Under the pieces are notes generated by a model. The model did not search any database and had not been told where the DNA came from. It saw only the letters and a list, made by a program, of their open reading frames with translations. Below are positions 17,614 through 24,000 of a DNA stretch of 24,000 nt, piece after piece. Both the position numbers and the translations under genes were made by a program. Origin of the DNA: Clostridiales bacterium (GTDB taxonomy: Bacteria > Bacillota > Clostridia > Caldicoprobacterales > DTU083); contig DUSN01000070.1 of NCBI GenBank assembly GCA_012842605.1, positions 66,668-90,667 of the forward strand, given 5' to 3'. The number at the start of each line of letters is the position of its first letter. The first letter of the stretch is position 1.

Positions 17614-18645
17614 ATGCTGACATATTTGGATTTGCTGAATAAAATCGGTTTAAAAAGATTGCATTATACGATTGTTTCATATGTACTTTCCATCATCGTA
17701 ACTATCGTAGTTTATACTACCGGCGGCACCACAATGGTTTATACAAATCTGATGTATCTGCCAATAACACTTATTTCAATAACAAGCAGCAGGTTACAGG
17801 CTGTAGTTCATTCACTAATCAGCGGGTTACTGCTGGGACCACTTATGCCTCTTGATGTTTCATCCGGTGTCATGCAGAAAGCAGAAAACTGGATAATAAG
17901 AATAGTCATATATTTTCTGGTTGCGTTTGTTATAGGGCTGTTTAAAGAGTATTACGAGAAGGAATTCAATCTTAATATGCAGATTCAGAAACGATTGGCT
18001 GAAGCCAATATGGCCACAGTTTATGCCATGGCCAAGTTAACTGAGTGCAGAGATGACGATACAGGCCTCCATATAGAGCGGGTAGCTGCTTTATGCAGGC
18101 TGCTTGCAGAAAAACTGCAGCAGCTTCCGGAATATAAGGACTATGTTACAGACAATTATATAGAAAACTTGTACAGGGCATGTCATCTTCATGATATTGG
18201 CAAGATTGGCATGCCTGATAATATTTTGCTGAAAACAGGCAGGCTCTCACCAGATGAGTACAATTTAATGAAAACACATACAATAATCGGTTCTGAAACG
18301 CTTAATGAAGTTCAAAAAAAATATCCAAACAATATGTTTCTGAAATTAGCAATAAAAATATCCAGGTCTCATCATGAAAAATGGGATGGCAGCGGTTATC
18401 CCGACGGATTAAAGGGAGAGGATATTCCATTGTCCGCCAGGATTATGGCTGTCATAGATGTCTATGATGCGCTGCGCTCCAAACGAGTATATAAGCCTGC
18501 TTATTCCCATGAAAGCAGTCTTGAAACTATTAAGCAGGGCAGCGAAACACATTTTGACCCGCTCTTGGTAAGAATCTTTCTTGAAAACGAAAGTGAATTC
18601 AAAGAAATCTATGATAATTTCTCCAAATCTCATTTAACAAATTAA
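17614..18645 (+). CDS. HD-GYP domain protein with N-terminal transmembrane region (putative c-di-GMP phosphodiesterase)
   Basis: HDIGKIGMPDNILLKTGRLSPDEYNLMKTHTIIGSETL and SHHEKWDGSGYPDGLKGEDIPLSARIMAVIDVYDALRSKRVYK. Confidence 0.92.
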   Translation: MLTYLDLLNKIGLKRLHYTIVSYVLSIIVTIVVYTTGGTTMVYTNLMYLPITLISITSSRLQAVVHSLISGLLLGPLMPLDVSSGVMQKAENWIIRIVIYFLVAFVIGLFKEYYEKEFNLNMQIQKRLAEANMATVYAMAKLTECRDDDTGLHIERVAALCRLLAEKLQQLPEYKDYVTDNYIENLYRACHLHDIGKIGMPDNILLKTGRLSPDEYNLMKTHTIIGSETLNEVQKKYPNNMFLKLAIKISRSHHEKWDGSGYPDGLKGEDIPLSARIMAVIDVYDALRSKRVYKPAYSHESSLETIKQGSETHFDPLLVRIFLENESEFKEIYDNFSKSHLTN

Positions 18646-18702
18646 GACAGGTAGGATTTTTGATTTTTTTAGAGAATACTTATATTATTGAGGTGATTTT
18701 GC

Positions 18703-19281
18703 TTGAGCCATTTTTTTGCCTATCTGTCCAGGATGAAATTTATACAGCGCTGGGGTTTGATGCGTAATGTCCGCCAGGAAAACATCCAGGAGCACAGCCT
18801 GCAAGCTGCAATGATAGCGCATAGCCTAGCTGTCATTAAAAATAAATTATTCGGCGGAATGGTTGATCCTGAAAGGGTACTGCTTCTTGCTGTTTATCAT
18901 GAAGCAAGCGAGGTTATAACAGGGGACTTGGCGACACCTATCAAATATTTCAATCCGGAAATCAGAAAAGCATACAAGGATATAGAAAAAGTCGCAAATG
19001 AAAGGCTTTTTTCCATGCTTCCCGAGGAATTGAAGCCGGACTATGAGAGCGTTTTTTTTCCTGTTCAGGAGGATGATGAACACTGGAAGCTTGTAAAAGC
19101 AGCTGATAAAATATGTGCATACTTAAAATGCATTGAAGAGCTGAAGGCAGGCAATGCTGAGTTCTCTAAAGCAGAGAAGGCTATACAAAGGGATTTGGCT
19201 GAATTGAGCCGGCCGGAGGTTAATTATTTCCTGGAACAATTCTTACACAGTTTTTACTTGACACTGGATGAACTGAATTGA
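18703..19281 (+). CDS. YfbR-like HD-domain 5'-nucleotidase
   Basis: IQEHSLQAAMIAHSLAVIKN..LLLAVYHEASEVITGDLATPIKYFNPEIRKAYKDIEK; GAGG SD upstream of a TTG start. Confidence 0.85.
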   Translation: MSHFFAYLSRMKFIQRWGLMRNVRQENIQEHSLQAAMIAHSLAVIKNKLFGGMVDPERVLLLAVYHEASEVITGDLATPIKYFNPEIRKAYKDIEKVANERLFSMLPEELKPDYESVFFPVQEDDEHWKLVKAADKICAYLKCIEELKAGNAEFSKAEKAIQRDLAELSRPEVNYFLEQFLHSFYLTLDELN

Positions 19282-19316
19282 TTCATATCTGAAAATAAAA
19301 CAAGAGGTGATGAGTA

Positions 19317-20795
19317 GTGAAGGAACTTAATATATTGGCGTTTGACCTGGGTGCAAGCAGCGGCAGGGGGCTCATTGGGCGCTTTAACGGGAACAGACTC
19401 GAGGTAGAGGAGCTGCACCGTTTTTCAAACGATCCGGTTACTGTTACAGGCCATACCTATTGGGATGTCTTAAGGCTTTACTGGGAGATTCAACAGGGAT
19501 TGCTGAAATTCGCTAACAGAAAAGAGGGAAGCATTGCTTCCATCGGCATTGATACCTGGGGAGTTGACTATGGCCTGCTGGATAAATCAGGTCAACTGAT
19601 GGGCAACCCCTACCATTATCGTGATATTCGTACTGAGGGAATGTTTGAGGAAGCATTTATGCGGGTTCCTAAAGAGGAAATTTTCAGACAGACCGGTATT
19701 GCTTTTCAGAAATTCAATACTCTATATCAGCTGTTATCCATGCAATTAGACAATCCGGAAATGCTGGAAAAGGCATCCACCATGCTGTTCATGCCCGACC
19801 TATTGACATATTTCCTTACCGGAGAAAAAAATACCGAGTTTACTGAGGCTACAACCAGTCAGATGCTGGATGCCGCCACCGGCCAATGGAACCGGGGTCT
19901 TTTATGTGCTTTGGGAATTCCTGATCACTTCCTGACTGAAATTGATTATCCTGGATCAGCCAGAGGCAGGGTAAAACAAGAAATAGCTTCTCTGCTTGGA
20001 ATCAATGAAGCTCCTATGTTTGCAGTAGCTACTCATGATACCGGATCTGCTGTAGCTGCCGTACCGGCTGTAGAAGGCAGTTATGTTTTCTTAAGCAGTG
20101 GTACATGGTCACTAATGGGTGTAGAAGTGGATAAGCCTGTAATAAATGAAAAGACTTTGATGTGGAATTATACCAATGAAGGATGTGTCGGCGGTACATA
20201 TCGTTTATTGAAGAATATTATGGGCTTATGGATTATCCAGGAATGCAAACGTGAATGGGATCGCAGGGGAGAAGTTTACTCCTTTGATGATATGGTGCGG
20301 ATGGCTGAAGCAAGCACTCCATTCCTGGCGTTTATTGATCCTGATGATGACTTGTTTTATAATGCCGGTGATATGCCGGCTAAGGTTCAGCAGTACTGCA
20401 AGCAGACCAATCAGGCAGTACCGCAGAGCAAGGGCGAGATTATACGCTGCATCTATGAAAGCCTTGCACTGAAATATCGCTGGTCGTTTGAGCGGCTGGA
20501 AGACATCTTGGAAAAATCATTGGATGTACTTCATATTGTTGGCGGAGGAACCAAAAATCAACTGTTGAATCAGTTTACAGCAAATGCCTTGAAAAAACCT
20601 GTTATCTGCGGCCCGACAGAAGCAACCGCAATAGGTAATATTATGGTTCAGGCAATGGCGTTGGGAGAAGTAAAGAATCAAAATGAAATACGCCAGATTG
20701 TCAAGAGTTCTTTCCCGACTGAGGATTATCTGCCCGAGAAGACTGATGCATGGGATGAAGCATATGCAAGATTCCTAAAAGTCTTAAAGGATTAA
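19317..20795 (+). CDS. rhaB: Rhamnulokinase (FGGY carbohydrate kinase family)
   Basis: FDLGASSGRGLIGRF, SIGIDTWGVDYGLLD, AVATHDTGSAVAAVP, YVFLSSGTWSLMGVE, LHIVGGGTKNQLLNQFTANAL. Confidence 0.88.
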   Translation: MKELNILAFDLGASSGRGLIGRFNGNRLEVEELHRFSNDPVTVTGHTYWDVLRLYWEIQQGLLKFANRKEGSIASIGIDTWGVDYGLLDKSGQLMGNPYHYRDIRTEGMFEEAFMRVPKEEIFRQTGIAFQKFNTLYQLLSMQLDNPEMLEKASTMLFMPDLLTYFLTGEKNTEFTEATTSQMLDAATGQWNRGLLCALGIPDHFLTEIDYPGSARGRVKQEIASLLGINEAPMFAVATHDTGSAVAAVPAVEGSYVFLSSGTWSLMGVEVDKPVINEKTLMWNYTNEGCVGGTYRLLKNIMGLWIIQECKREWDRRGEVYSFDDMVRMAEASTPFLAFIDPDDDLFYNAGDMPAKVQQYCKQTNQAVPQSKGEIIRCIYESLALKYRWSFERLEDILEKSLDVLHIVGGGTKNQLLNQFTANALKKPVICGPTEATAIGNIMVQAMALGEVKNQNEIRQIVKSSFPTEDYLPEKTDAWDEAYARFLKVLKD

Positions 20796-20885
20796 AACAC
20801 AGCAAATTTATCCCAACTCAACCAGTATGCCAATCGAATTAGCAGATATTTTCACTGCTAAATTTGATATTAGTGGACATAATAT

Positions 20886-21050
20886 GAACACAAGGGTTCG
20901 AGATAACCATTGACATCAAACTAATTGATATAAAGGGTTATTGTGCGGTACCCTTCAAATTGACTTAGTTTTCAGCTCTGTTTTACCTTTGGTTTGTCTT
21001 GGGCCCTTTTTCAGAGAATCCCTCTCTCTGAGGGATTCTCCTTGTGTTTT
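20886..21050 (+). ncRNA. Unassigned candidate structured RNA ending in an intrinsic terminator
   Basis: Nested complementarities: AAGGGT (20892-20897)/ACCCTT (20950-20955), ATAACC (20903-20908)/GGTTAT (20936-20941), ATCAA (20915-20919)/TTGAT (20925-20929), plus long-range AACACAAGG (20887-20895)/CCTTGTGTT near 21040-21048. No clear promoter found. Confidence 0.35.
21014..21050 (+). terminator. Intrinsic terminator
   Basis: Perfect 11-bp stem GAGAATCCCTC (21014-21024)/GAGGGATTCTC (21030-21040), followed by CTTGTGTTTTT. Confidence 0.8.
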
Positions 21051-21069
21051 TGGCAGGCTCATTTTGAGG

Positions 21070-21098
21070 TTGACAAATGCTCTGCTATGAGTTATTAT
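21070..21098 (+). promoter_or_regulatory. Promoter of the tRNA-Val/tRNA-fMet pair
   Basis: TTGACA (21070-21075), 17-nt spacer, TATTAT (21093-21098). Confidence 0.7.
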
Positions 21099-21123
21099 AA
21101 TAAACGCCGAGGGGCACTACAGT

Positions 21124-21200
21124 GGGGAGTTAGCTCAGCAGGCTAGAGCGCCACGTTGACATCGTGGAGGTCGTTGGTTCGATCCCAATACTTCCCACCA
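21124..21200 (+). tRNA. tRNA-Val (anticodon GAC)
   Basis: Full cloverleaf: GGGGAGT/ACTTCCC acceptor, D stem GCTC/GAGC, CCACG-TTGACAT-CGTGG anticodon arm, GTTGG-TTCGATC-CCAAT T arm, encoded ACCA. Confidence 0.93.
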
Positions 21201-21207
21201 TTTATAT

Positions 21208-21283
<76 letters not shown>

Positions 21284-21290
21284 AATCAAG

Positions 21291-21331
21291 TACCGTTGCC
21301 GATACAGAATCGGTAACGGTATTATTTTTTG
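21291..21331 (+). terminator. Intrinsic terminator after the tRNA pair
   Basis: TACCGTTGCCGAT ... ATCGGTAACGGTA followed by TTATTTTTT. Confidence 0.88.
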
Positions 21332-21409
21332 TTGCTGCACCACCGTTGCGATACATGAAGCAGAATTGCCGGAAACCGGCCAGGACATTTACATTCTCAA
21401 ATTTTCTAA

Positions 21410-21439
21410 TTGACAATACCTATTGTTTAAGAATATAAT
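21410..21439 (+). promoter_or_regulatory. Candidate sigma-A promoter of pyrG
   Basis: TTGACA (21410-21415), 18-nt spacer, TATAAT (21434-21439). Confidence 0.65.
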
Positions 21440-21455
21440 TATATAGTTGAACAAA

Positions 21456-21506
21456 GGCGTTCATATGGGTATATTATACTCAGTATGGACGTCTTTTCTT
21501 TTTTTG
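21456..21506 (+). terminator. Attenuator-type terminator in the pyrG leader
   Basis: GGCGTTCATATGGGTAT-ATT-ATACTCAGTATGGACGTC forms a ~17-bp hairpin (several G-U pairs, one bulge), followed by TTTTCTTTTTTT, 18 nt before the pyrG ATG. Confidence 0.8.
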
Positions 21507-21517
21507 TTGGAGGTTGA

Positions 21518-23158
<1,641 letters not shown>

Positions 23159-23276
23159 AGCGGTTAAACTGAAATACTAAAACTGTAACACAACCGGAAT
23201 ATAAAAACTGAAATACTGACAATGCGGGGATTAGCAGCAATTGGACAGTCATTATGAATGAATGGGAGGTCGAAAT

Positions 23277-24000
23277 ATGCTGATACCTAACATGAATTAT
23301 GCCAAATTAAAGGATTCCTATCTCTTTTACAATATAGCTCAGAAGATTAAGGCATATAGTTCTAAAAATCCAAATGCCAGGCTGTATCGTCTGGGAGTTG
23401 GGGATGTTACGCTGCCTTTATGCGAGGTAGTGATTAAAAGCCTGCATGAAGCGGTTGATGATCAGGCTGTAAAAGAGCGCTTTCATGGATACATGCCGGA
23501 ATGCGGGGCGCCATTCCTAAGACAGGCGATTGCCCGGCACTATGCACAGCGCGGTATATCGCTGTCCGAAGAGGAAGTGTTTGTCTCAAGCGGTGCAAGC
23601 GATGAGTTAGGAGATATAATTGATCTGTTTGACCGGGATACCAGTGTTCTCATCATGGAGCCTGCATATCCGGCTTATGTGGATGCAAATATTATGGCAG
23701 GACGAAAGATAATTCGCCTTGCCTCTGACAGCAGCAGCGGATTCCTGCCTGAACCGGATGATAATATAATTGCCGATGTAATTTATATCTGCTCACCCAA
23801 CAATCCTACCGGAGCAGTTTTTACCCGTGAAAAGCTGCAGAAATGGGTGGATTATGCGAACAATAACGGTTCCATCATTCTCTTTGATGCGGCATATGAG
23901 GCTTTTATAGAAGATAAGGAGCTGCCGCGCAGTATTTTTGAACTTGATGGTGCTGATACCTGCAGTATTGAGATTTGCTCCTTATCAAAAACAGCAGGAT
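23277..24000 (+). CDS. dapL: LL-diaminopimelate aminotransferase, N-terminal part (truncated by window edge)
   Basis: From ATG 23277 (GGGAGG SD): MLIPNMNYAKLKDSYLFYNIAQKI..LGVGDVTLPL..RFHGYMPECGAPFLRQAI..FVSSGASDELGDI..YICSPNNPTGAVFTREKL..CSLSKTAG. Confidence 0.88.
   Translation, partial: MLIPNMNYAKLKDSYLFYNIAQKIKAYSSKNPNARLYRLGVGDVTLPLCEVVIKSLHEAVDDQAVKERFHGYMPECGAPFLRQAIARHYAQRGISLSEEEVFVSSGASDELGDIIDLFDRDTSVLIMEPAYPAYVDANIMAGRKIIRLASDSSSGFLPEPDDNIIADVIYICSPNNPTGAVFTREKLQKWVDYANNNGSIILFDAAYEAFIEDKELPRSIFELDGADTCSIEICSLSKTAG

Noticed and set aside
20827-20913. 28-codon ORF MPIELADIFTAKFDISGHNMNTRVRDNH after rhaB
   Set aside because: No SD-like sequence, no recognisable family; expected by chance in a 330-nt gap. 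It also runs into the structured RNA candidate.

Overview
This window looks like an ordinary core-chromosome segment from a Clostridia-type Firmicute. It has dense coding, clear Shine-Dalgarno sequences and many hairpin+U-run terminators. I see no CRISPR array, transposase, phage module or defence-like island. Gene order: partial nadD, yqeK, rsfS, DacF-type D,D-carboxypeptidase (-), SLBB/HhH ComEA-like protein, OmpR-type response regulator + histidine kinase, two GerMN-domain lipoproteins, glycerophosphodiester phosphodiesterase, VanW-domain protein, TGS/uridine-kinase-like protein, DUF21/CBS/CorC membrane protein, DUF368 protein, CapA-like protein, folT-like ECF S component (-), HD-GYP protein, YfbR-like HD protein, rhamnulokinase, tRNA-Val(GAC), tRNA-fMet, pyrG, partial dapL. 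The interest is mostly in untranslated RNA: (i) an attenuator leader with a 22-codon candidate leader ORF whose stop lies in the terminator stem, before the CBS/CorC gene; (ii) an unassigned candidate structured RNA at ~20886-21050; (iii) a pyrG leader that is almost only a terminator and lacks the classical GGGC start; (iv) a THF-riboswitch-like aptamer before folT plus an SD-adjacent hairpin; (v) a two-component system followed by GerMN lipoproteins, one apparently with three GerMN-like repeats. All family calls are from reading the sequence and no database search was run.
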